NCBI GenBank assembly: GCA_964036045.1
Contig: OZ038378.1
Coordinates: 59,148,001 to 59,212,000, forward strand
From: Eutreptiella sp. 'Long Island Sound 2002'
Taxonomy: Eukaryota; Protista; Euglenida
Direction: 5' to 3'
Length of the DNA stretch: 64,000 nucleotides
Under the pieces are notes generated by a model, which saw only the letters and a list, made by a program, of their open reading frames with translations, ran no database searches and had not been told where the DNA came from. Position numbers and translations under genes: made by a program. Position 1 is the stretch's first letter; the number at the start of each line of letters is the position of its first letter. This document shows positions 35,625-47,300 of the stretch, in pieces.

Positions 35625-36973
35625 CGTAAGTTTTGAGCCTTAACGTGTCAAGCAACCTCCAACCAGGGGGTGGAGGGAGACATAAAAGTGGGAGGGGGTG
35701 GCGGGAATGCTGTCTGTGTCCTTTGTCAGTTCAACTACCCACCAGCGACCATGGTTGGAGGCTGTGTGTGCTGGTTCGCCAACAAACCAGAAATGAATTC
35801 AATAGCCACATCCAAAAGTGTTCAAGATGATCACAACTGCCATAGAAATTGCAAGCATGGACCATGGACCAACCCAAGAGAGGCACACTCACAATGAGCA
35901 AGTGCATTCTGTGTCGCCCAATCATGAACACCAAAGGACGCGGACTATGTTCATTTTAAAAAGTACTTTGGCGCTGAGCCTGAGCCTGAGCCCACACTCA
36001 ATGTCGGCCCAAGGCCTTCATGTAGCCACATTATCTTGCACTCGGAGGACTTGGAGGGGAGGGGGCAGAATTGGTAATACGCTTGACTGAGACCGGATTC
36101 CTAGGCATTTAACTACCATCATTTACCATTTAACGGCTGTCCACTTCCCCATTCAATCACCGTTGCATGACCATTATCCATTGTCACGCATTTGCTGGTC
36201 TCAAGCCATTGCATAGAAGACGTGGTGGGCCATTCAACACTGGTTGCATAAACAGATGCTGACCAAACTGCAACTTAGGACGTTGAAAAAGGCTATTCTG
36301 CAGCTTCCCAATCCTGTGCGCAAAGCTCCATGAAGACAAAACACAACAGCATAACATCGACACGGAAACTTGTTGCATGCGCAGTGGTGCACCTCAGACA
36401 CTGTTCAGGAGCCAGAGAGGGCCCTCTGCAAGTCGCCCTGCGTTTTTTCTTTGCCATGAAAGCCCTCGGAAAAGAGAAATGAAGTCAAAATCAAAGCTCA
36501 ATGTGTCACGGCAAATGACCAACAACCAACCTAGAACAATCCAGACCCTCCGGGTAAGCCAGGTTGAGTTGGAGGCTCAAAGGGCAGAGATTGAGAAATT
36601 ACATTCCAAAGTGGAAACCCTTCAAAGGGAGAAAGCCGAGGCACAAGACAGTGCTCATAAGTGGCACAGAGGCCATGCACCTCTGGGAGTCTTTGAAGGA
36701 TGCTGCGCAACGGGCAAGAAGCCTTTTGCCAGGCAAGGTGGCAAAGCAAGGGCAGCGAAGCCAAGGGCCCGGCAGCTAGGGGTCCACCAAGGATTCACAA
36801 TCCCCAAGGCCAGGATGTGGAGCCCTTCCCCCAGACCCAGAGCCATAAATGGCACACCACACCTCCCCCACCACAACAAGAGCTCACTTGGCCTCATTTG
36901 CCTTGGACCTCCCCATAAGGTCCAAGTGCTTGTTTGACATGTGTTGCAGTTGGGAGCTATTGGAAAGCGTTCT

Positions 36974-37250
36974 CTTAGGAGGCCCACAGTGCCCCCTATC
37001 ATATTTTCAAAAAAAAACCAGCTTGTGCGCAGAGCCCAGCTTGGTGTTGGGCTAAACAGATGCAGATAAAGGGGTACTTTGAGGTGTGGTATATTGCGGG
37101 GTGCGATGGACCCCAGTTTAGGGGGGGGGGGGGGGGGATGGCGAAAGCCAAGCATTTTGCACACTGACAGCCCAGCAGCGCAGCCACTCTTTTTAACCCT
37201 TTTGGGGGGTGGCAAATACCAAAAGTGGACCGATGGGACAGCAAAACGGT
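36974..37250 (+). repeat. Dispersed repeat of about 250-280 bp, copy 2
   Basis: Shares its start and internal blocks with 10178-10430. Confidence 0.6.
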
Positions 37251-38367
37251 GTTTTGCACCAGTCCATGGCATCCGGGGGGATCGGTTCCAAGCATCACTT
37301 GGTGTGGCCTTTATGCCAACTTCTGGAAGGGAGTCACAACAATGACTTCACTAAAACACCCTATGAAGACAGTGTAGGGAAAGTGGGGGAGGATGCCCTT
37401 CTTGGATCGAACTTCTTGGACACCCAAATCAGGAGTATATCCATGCTCCAAATCATGGGTGTCGCGGAAGTTTAGCCCAAAAATTTTGGAAGATCCCTTC
37501 AACTTTCTGGTGGCCTGGGGCACAAATTGTGCACAGCATCCACCAGAAAGCGGAAGCGGATCGCCCGGATACTTGGATGTACTGAGTGCAACCTGCGGTT
37601 GACTCGTTACATCCACCCCTTGGCCAGAAGAATCTTATCAGCAACCCTAATATGGACCACATCTCGGGAAGAGGGAAGCTGCTGGGCCCATGTGTGCAGA
37701 GGCTCGAGGTCTTCAGTAGGCACGCCTGTGTGCCCAACTTCAATCAATTAAGTGGGACCACGGGGAAGCCAGAGAAAGTCCTCAAGACACTAAACACCCG
37801 TGGGGTCCGGTTGGGTTGGGCTTGCCATGGTGACAAACAAGGGATTTCAAAGAAATGGAGGGGTGGGGCAGGGAGACTAATGGGTGTGAATACATGGCAA
37901 AGCAACGAGGCAACTTGTGACGAGAAGGCGAAAAGGGGCGTGGGTGGAAGGAGTGGGAATGGTGGGGGTGGATGAAAGAAACCCGAGGGGGGGGGGGGGG
38001 GTTGGCTGTCTACAAATCGACTAACCCTGAGTGAACCTTCACTTCACCCTAAAGTAACAAATCTAGCTCTCACTGAAAACTAAGTGAAAGGTAAGTGAAA
38101 GCTAATTGAAAGTTCGGTGAAAGCTCAGTGAACCTTTCACTCAGAGTTAAGTGAGGGTTTGGTTGGGGTTCACTCGGTCGGCAAAGTCGAATTAACCTTC
38201 AAAAAAAAAGTACCCCCCACCCACAACCTTCACCAAATATCAATGCAAATCACAGGGAAAAGGCAAAGAAGGAGGAGAAGGAGAAGGAAAAAATGGTCAA
38301 AGAGGATGAGTAAGTCGATCGAAAGCTAAAAGAGGAGGAGGAGGAGGACAAGCGTACCACGGCGGCG

Positions 38368-41300
38368 TCTGCAAAGCCCCGGATGCTGCTTTCGTTGAAT
38401 TGACAGGGTGGTCAACCAGGTATGGCTTCATTTTTCTGTGAGTGTCATTGCACTGGGTATATTGCATCTGATTTCGTTTGGTCTGTGTCAAATTCGTCTG
38501 ATGTTGTGGGTATTGGTCTCCTCGTCTGTCCCTCGTTGACAGTGTGCATGTATTGCAATGTTTCCCCATTATTCAGTGTTTGTTGCTCGTTGTGGTGTGG
38601 CACATGACACCTACTTTCCTTCTTAAACACAACATAACATTTTGGTTCCGTCATACACAATAGATTTAGAAGGGGGAGTAGACAAGGTGTCCAGCCGTCA
38701 CACGATGCATGCACATCATGTGTCTGCAAATGCCAGTCTGCAGTTGCTATGTGCCCATGTTCACAAACTTGACGGACCTCCTACTACTCATGCAGGAGTT
38801 TGCCTTTTGACATTATTGCCTTGTGTGTCCTTATCAATATGGGCACGTCTACACTATACATGAAGTATTTAGGCATGCACTTGGGTACCCTTGAGGGGGG
38901 GGTGCTCGGGGTTGGGGTTGGGGTTGGGGGCTGTGCGGGGGGACAATACCATCAGCACTATTTCCGGTTCAACGCATGCGAGTTCAAGGGTACTGCCATT
39001 CCTTTATAGCTAGGCTCTGCAGGGCCCAACAAATAGGAGTTTTCATCAGACACCATGGGATTTCGGTTCGTTTGGTAACGTGTTGTGTTGTTGTACATCC
39101 CTTTAATATATACGTGGTTTCTAGCACTTTCTTTGTCCCGGGCTCTGCGGAGCCCGGCATGTCCTAAATCCTTTTTTGCACCCTCATTTGTCACAGGTGT
39201 AGTGGCCCTTCATTCTTAGGTGCGATGTGTGGCAGGGATGGTAGATGGCGATTGCTCGGAGAAGCTGCCGGTATGCCCAATCTTTTTCGAGTGGACCCAT
39301 CTTGTCCCGGACTTTACCACCCCCACGGTGTATACTACGGAGGAAAAGCATTTCCTCTGCGGGTGCAGTCTGCCCCGCCCCTTTATCTCACCGTCATCCC
39401 CAAGTTATTCGCAGGACCTCCTGACTCCTGAATTGGAGTCGGACGGGAACTTGTGATCCGGCATCTGCCAAGGATTGTGGACAAAGAGGAGGCCTCACAA
39501 TGGTACACCATTCTGAGTGCCTCCTTCTACATGGTGATAGACCTATGATTGAATTTAGTTGTTGGACTGTGTTGCAAGTCTGCCTAAATGGTAATCGTGA
39601 GCTGGTCCTGTGCAGCCCATGGAAGTTGTTTCAGCATTGATGCAGTAGCTAATGTGCCTGTCTTGTGTCTGCACATGTGTGTGGCTGGATTGAGATGCCA
39701 TTTTTCAATGATGTGCTGAGCTGGGCCTTGCAGGGCCCAGAGCCCACATGCAATTTTTGGATTGAATTTGGCCCTAATAGGAGGTAAATTGTATCACTAG
39801 GCCTTGCAGAGCCCATTATGCTGAATCAATCAAATTTGCAGGGTGAATTGACTGTGTGTTTCTTCATGTGCCTGTGATCAAGACTGCAATTGTCACCTTG
39901 ACTAGCCTGCTTTCATTTGTATGTTGCAATGGGTACGGTGCTACTGACATGTCCCTCGTTGACACTATGCATGTATTGCTATGTTTGCCCATGATAAGTC
40001 TAGACACGTAGTGCCAAGTTTGTGTCTCCATGTTTCTATAGTGCTATTGACCTGTCGATTTTTAATTTTCCGCTCAGCTGGGCACTGCACAGCCCAGGTG
40101 CATTGTTTTCAATGAATGCACATGTGCCACTATGTACTTTGCGTTTCTGGCCTCTGCAGAGCCCAGGATGCTGCTTTCGTTGAATTGTCAAGGCGGTCAA
40201 CCAGGTATGGCTTCATTTTTCTGTGAGTGTCATTGCACTGGGTAGAGTGCATTTGATTTCGTTTGGTCTGTGTCAAATTCGTCTGATGTTGTGGGTATTG
40301 GTGTCGTTGACAGTGTGCATGTATTGCAATGTTTCCCCATTATTCAGTGTTTGTTGCTCGTTGTGGTGTGGCACATGACACCTACTTTCCTTCTTAAACA
40401 CAACATAACATTTTGGTTCCGTCATACACGATAGATTTAGAAGGGGGAGTAGACAAGGTGTCCAGCCGTCACCCGATGCATGCACATCATGTGTCTGCAA
40501 ATGCCAGTCTGCAGTTGCTATGTGCCCATGTTCACAAACTTCACGGACCTCCTACTACCCATGCAGGTGTTTGCCTTTTGACATTATTGCCTTGTGTGTC
40601 CTTATCAATATGGGCACGTCTACACTATACATGAAGTATTTAGGCGTGCACTTGGGTACCCTTGGGGGGGGGGGGGGGGGTGCTCGGGGTTGGGGTTGGG
40701 GTTGGGGGCTGTGTGGGGGGACAATACCATCAGCACTATTTCCGGTTCAACGCATGCGAGTTCAAGGCTACTTCTTTTTGCGATTCCTTTATGGCTAGGC
40801 TTTGCAGGGCCCAACAAATAGGAGTTTTTCATCAGACACCATGGGATTTCAGTTTGTTTGGTAACGTGTTGTGTTGTTGTACATCCCTTTAATATATACG
40901 TGGTTTCTAGCACTTTCTTTGTCCCGGGCTCTGCGGAGCCCGGCATGTCCTAAATCCTTTTTTGCACCCTCATTTGTCACAGGTGTAGTGGCCCTTCATT
41001 CTTAGGTGCGATGTGTGGCAGGGATGGTAGATGGCGATTGCTCGGAGAAGCTACCGGTATGCCCAATCATTTTCGAGTGGACCCATCTTGTCCCGGACTT
41101 TACCACCCCCACGGTGTATACTACGGAGGAAAAGCATTTCCTCTGCGGGTGCAATCTGCCCCGCCCCTTTATCTCACCGTCATCCCCAAGTTATTCGCAG
41201 GACCTCCTGACTCCTGAATTGGAGTCGGACGGGAACTTGTGATCCGGCATCTGCCAAGGGTTGTGGACAAAGAGGAGGCCTCACAATGGTACACCATTCT

Positions 41301-44300
41301 GAGTGCCTCCTTCTACATGGTAATAGACCTATGATTGACTTCAATTGTTGGACTGTGTTGCAAGTCTGCCTAAATGGTAATCGTGAGCTGGTCCTGTGCA
41401 GCCCATGGAAGTTGTTTCACCATTGATGCAGTAGTTGATGTGCCTGTCTTGTCTCTGCACATGTGTGTGGCTGGATTGAGATGCCATTTTTCAATTATGT
41501 GCTGAGCTGGGCCTTGCAGGGCCCAGAGCCCACATGCAATTTTTGGATTGAATTGGGCCCTAATAGGAGGTAAATTGTATCACTAGGCCTTGCACAGCCC
41601 ATTATGCTGAATCAATCAAATTTGCAGGGTGAATTGACTGTGTGTTTCTTCATGTGCCTGTGATCAAGACTGCAATTGTCGCATTGACTAGCCTGCTTTC
41701 ATTTGTATGTTGCAATGGGTGCGGTGCTACTCACATGTCCCTCGTTGACACTATGCATGTATTGCTATGTTTGCCCATGATAAGTCTAGACACGTAGTGC
41801 CAAGTTTGTGTCTCCATGTTTCTATAGTGCTATTGACCTGTCGATTTTTAATTTTCCACTTAGCTGGGCACTGCACAGCCCAAGTGCATTGTTTTCAATG
41901 AACCCACATGTGCTACTATGTACTTTGCGTTTCTGGCCTCTGCAGAGCCCAGGATGCTGCTTTCGTTGAATTGACAGGGTGGTCAACCAGGTATGGCTTC
42001 ATTTTTCTGTGAGTGTCATTGCACTGGGTATATTGCATTTCATTTCGTTTGGTCCGTGTCAAGTTCGTCTGATGTTGGGGGTATTGGTCTCCTCGTCTGC
42101 CCCTCGTTGACAGTGTGCATGTATTGCAATGTTTCCCCATTATTCAGTGTTTGTTGCTCGTTGTGGTGTGGCACATGACACCTACTTTCCTTCTTAAACA
42201 CAACATAACATTTTGGTTCCGTCATACACTATAGATTTAGAAGAGGGAGTAGACAAGGTGTCCAGCCGTCACACGATGCATGCACATCATGTGTCTGCAA
42301 ATGTCAGTCTGCAGCTGGTATGTGCCCATGTTCACAAACTTGACGGACCTCCTACTACCCATGCAGGTGTTTGCCTTTTGACATTATTGCCTGTTGTGTC
42401 CTTATCAATATGGGCACGTCTACACTATACATGAAGTATTTTGGCGTGCACTTGGGTACCCTTGGGGGAGGGGGGGGGGGGGCTCGGGGTTGGGGGGGGG
42501 GTTGGGGTTGGGGGATGTGTGGGGGGACAATATCATCAGCATTATATCCGGTTCAACGCATGCGAGTTCAAGGCTACTTCTTTTTGCGATTCCTTTATAG
42601 CAAGGCTCTGCAGGGCCCAACCAATAGGAGTTTTTCATTTGACACGATGGGATTTCAGTTTGTTTTATAACGTGATGTGTTGTTGTACATCCCTTTAATA
42701 TATACGTGGTTTCTAGCACTTTCTTTGTCCCAAATCCTGTCCCAAATCCTTTTTTGCACCCTCATTTGTCACAGGTGCAGTGGCCCTTCATTCTTAGGTG
42801 CAATGTGTGGCGGGGATGGTAGATGGGGACTGCTTGGAGAAGCTGCCGGTATGCCCAATCTTTTTGGAGTGGACCCATGTTGTCCCGGACTTTATCACCC
42901 CGGCATGATATACTACGGAGTAAGAGCATTTCCTCTGCGGGTGCAATCTGCCCCGCCCCTTTATCTCACCGTCATCCCCAAGTTATTCGCATGACCTCCT
43001 GAATCTTGAATTGGAGTCGGACGGGAACTTGGAATCCGGCATCTGCCAAGGATTGTGGACAAAGAGGAGGCCTCACAATGGTACACCATTCTGAGTGCCT
43101 CCTTTTACATGGTGATAGACCTATGATTGAATTCAGTAGTTGGACTGTGTGGCAAGTCTGCCTAAATGGTGGTCATGAGCTTTTCCTGTGCAGCCCATGG
43201 AACTTGTTTCACCATTGATGCAGTAGTTGATGTGCCTATCTTGTGTCTGCACATATCTGTGGGTGGATTGAGATGCCATTTTCCAATTATGTGCTGAGCT
43301 GGGCCTTGCAGGGCCCAGAGCCCACATGCAATTTTTGGATTGAATTTGGCCCTAATAGGAGGTAAATTGTATTACTAGGCCTTGCAGAGCCCATTATGCT
43401 GAATCAATCAAATTTGCAGGGTGAATTGACTGTGTGTTTCTTCATGTGCCTGTGATCAAGACTGCAATTGTCGCATTGACTAGCCTGCTTTCATTTGTAT
43501 GTTGCAATGGGTGCGGTGCTACTCACATGTCCCTGGTTGACACTATGCATGTATTGCTATGTTTGCCCATGATAAGTCTCGACACGTAGTGCCAAGTCTG
43601 TGTCTCCATGTTTCTATGGTGCTATTGACCTGCCAATTTTTAACTTTCCACTCAGCTGGGCACTGCTTAGCCTAGGTGCATTGTTTTCAATGAATGCACA
43701 TGTGCTACTATGTAAATAGCGTTTCTGGCCTCTGCAGAGCCTAGGATGCTGCTTTCGTTGAATTGATAGGGTGGTCAACCAGGTATGGCTTCATTTTTCT
43801 GTGAGTGTCATTGCACTGGGTAGAGTGCATTGGATTTCGTTTGGTCTGTGTCAAATTCGTCTGATGTTGTGGGTATTGGTCTCCGCCTCCGTCGCTCGTG
43901 GACGTTGTGCATGTATTGCATTGTTTCCCCATTATTCAGTGCTTGTTGCTCGTTGTGGTGTGGCACGTGACACCTACTTTCCTTCTTAAACACAACATAA
44001 CATTTTGATTCCGTCATACACAATAGATTTAGAAGGGGGAGTAGACAAGGTGTCCAGCCGTCACACGATGCATGCACATCATGTGTCTGCAAATGCCAGT
44101 CTGCAGTTGGTATGTGCCCATGTTCACAAACTTGACGGACCTCCTACTACCCATGCAGGTGTTTGCCTTTTGACATTATTGCCTTGTGTGTCCTTATCAA
44201 TATGGGCACGTCTACACTATACATGAAGTATTTTGGTGTGCACTTGGGTACCCTTGGGGGGGGGGGGGGGTGCTCGGGGTTGGGGTTGGGGTTGGGGGCT

Positions 44301-47300
44301 GTGTGGGGGGACAATACCATCAGCATTCTATCCGGTTCAACGCATGCGAGTTCAAGGGTACTTCTTTTTGCGATTCCTTTATAGCTAGGCTCTGCAGGGC
44401 CCAACAAATAGGAGTTTTTCATCAGACACCATGGGATTTCGGTTCGTTTTGGAACGTGTTGTGTTGTTGTACATCCCTTTAATATATACGTGGTTTCTAG
44501 CACTTTCTTTGTCCCGGGCTCTGCGGAGCCCGGCATGTCCTAAATCCTTTTTTGCACCCTCATTTGTGACAGGTGCAGTTGCCCTTCATTCTTAGGTGCG
44601 ATGTGTGGCAGGGATGGTAGATGGCGACTACGCGGAGAAGCTACCGGTATGCCCAATCATTTTCGAGTGGACCCATCTTGTCCCGGACTTTACCACCCCC
44701 ACGGTGTATACGACGGAGGAAGAGCATTTCCTCTGCGGGTGCAATCTGCCCCGCCCCTTTATCTCACCGTCATCCCCAAGTTATTCGCAGGACCTCCCGA
44801 CTCCTGAATTGGAGTCGGACGGGAACTTGGGATCCGGCATCTGCCAAGGGTTGTGGACAAAGAGGAGGCCTCACAATGGTACACCATTCTGAGTGCCTCC
44901 TTTTACATGGTGATAGACCTATGATTGAATTTAGTTGTTGGACTGTTTTGGAAGTCTCACTATCTAGTGATCATGAGATGGTCCTGTGCAGCCCATGGAA
45001 GTTGTTTCACTATTGATGCAGTAGCTGATGTGCCTGTCTTGTGTCTGCACATGTGTGTGGCTTGATTGGGATGCGATTTTTCAATGATGTGCTGAGCTGG
45101 GCCTTGCAGGGCCCAAAGCCCACATGCAATTTTTGGATTGAATGGGGCCCTAATATTAGCTAAATTGTATCACTAGGCTTTGCACAGCCCATTATGCTGA
45201 ATCAATCAAATTGGCAGGGTGAATTGACTGTGTGTTTCATCATGTGCCTGTGATCAAGACTGCAATTGTCGCATTGACTGGCCTGCTTTCATTTGTATGT
45301 TGCAATGGGTATGGTGCTAATGACATGTCCCTCGTTGACACTATGCATGTATTGCTATGTTTGCCCATGATGAGTCTGAGCACGTAGTGCCAAATCTCTG
45401 TCTCCACATTTCGATAGTGCTATTGACCTGCCGATTTTTAATTTTCCACTCAGCTGGGCACTGCACAGCCCAAGTGCATTGTTTTCAATGAATGCACATG
45501 TGCTACTATGTAGTTTGCGTTTCTGGGCTCTGCGGAGCCCAGCATGCTGCTTCCGTTGAATTGACAGGGTGGTCAACCACGTATGGAGTCATTTTCTTTG
45601 GGTGTCATTGCACTGGGTATATTGCATTTGATTTCGTTTGGTCTGTGTCAAGTTCGTCTGATGTTGTGGGTATTGGTCGCCTCGTCTGTCGCTCGTTGAG
45701 AGTGTGCATGTATTGCAATGTTTCCCCATTATTCAGTGTTTGTTGCTCGCTGTGGTGTGGCACATGACACCTACTTTTGTGCGTCAACACAACATAACAT
45801 TTTGGTTCCGTCATACACTATATATTTAGAAGGGGGAGTAGACAAGGTGTCCAGCCGTCACACGATGCATGCACATCATGTGTCTGCAAATGCCAGTCTG
45901 CAGTTGGTATGTGCCCATGTTCACAAACTTCACGGACCTCCTACTACCCATGCAGGTGTCTACCTTTTGACATTATTGCCTTGTGTGTCCTTATCAATAT
46001 GGGCACGTCTACACTATACATGAAGTATTTAGGCGTGCACTTGGGTACCCTTGGGGGGGGGGGGGTGCTCGGGGTTGGGGTTGGGGTTGGGGGCTGTGTG
46101 GGGGGACAATACCATCAGCATTCTATCCGGTTCAACGCATGCGAGTTCAAGGGTACTTCTTTTTGCGATTCCTTTATAGCTAGGCACTGCAGGGCCCAAC
46201 AAATAGGAGTTTTTCATCAGACACCATGGGATTTCGGTTCGTTTTGGAACGTGTTGTGTTGTTGTACATCCCTTTAATATATACGTGGTTTCTAGCACTT
46301 TCTTTGTCCCGGGCTCTGCGGAGCCCGGCATGTCCTAAATCCTTTTTTGCACCCTCATTTGTGACAGGTGCAGTTGCCCTTCATTCTTAGGTGCGATGTG
46401 TGGCAGGGATGGTAGATGGCGACTACGCGGAGAAGCTACCGGTATGCCCAATCATTTTCGAGTGGACCCATCTTGTCCCGGACTTTACCACCCCCACGGT
46501 GTATACGACGGAGGAAGAGCATTTCCTCTGCGGGTGCAATATGCCCCGCCCCTTTATCTCACCGTCATCCCCAAGTTATTCGCAGGACCTCCCGACTCCT
46601 GAATTGGAGTCGGACGGGAACTTGGGATCCGGCATCTGCCAAGGGTTGTGGACAAAGAGGAGGCCTCACAATGGTACACCATTCTGAGTGCCTCCTTTTA
46701 CATGGTGATAGACCTATGATTGAATTTAGTTGTTGGACTATTTTGGAAGTCTCACTATCTAGTGATCATGAGATGGTCCTGTGCAGCCCATGGAAGTTGT
46801 TTCACTATTGATGCAGTAGCTGATGTGCCTGTCTTGTGTCTGCACATGTGTGTGGCTTGATTGGGATGCGATTTTTCAATGATGTGCTGAGCTGGGCCTT
46901 GCAGGGCCCAAAGCCCACATGCAATTTTTGGATTGAATGGGGCCCTAATATTAGCTAAATTGTATCACTAGGCCTTGCACAGCCCATTATGCTGAATCAA
47001 TCAAATTGGCAGGGTGAATTGACTGTGTGTTTCATCATGTGCCTGTGATCAAGACTGCAATTGTCGCATTGACTGGCCTGCTTTCATTTGTATGTTGCAA
47101 TGGGTATGGTGCTAATGACATGTCCCTCGTTGACACTATGCATGTATTGCTATGTTTGCCCATGATGAGTCTGAGCACGTAGTGCCAAGTCTCTGTCTCC
47201 ACATTTCTATAGTGCTATTGACCTGCCGATTTTTAATTTTCCACTCAGCTGGGCACTGCACAGCCCAAGTGCATTGTTTTCAATGAATGCACATGTGCTA

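Noticed and set aside
36377-36937. 186-aa ORF with a short coiled-coil stretch
   Set aside because: No recognisable domain, no splice support, and it is embedded in decayed repeats.
38260-38310. AKKEEKEKEKMVKEDE* resembling the NPL C-terminus
   Set aside because: It is low-complexity purine-rich sequence with no further homology.
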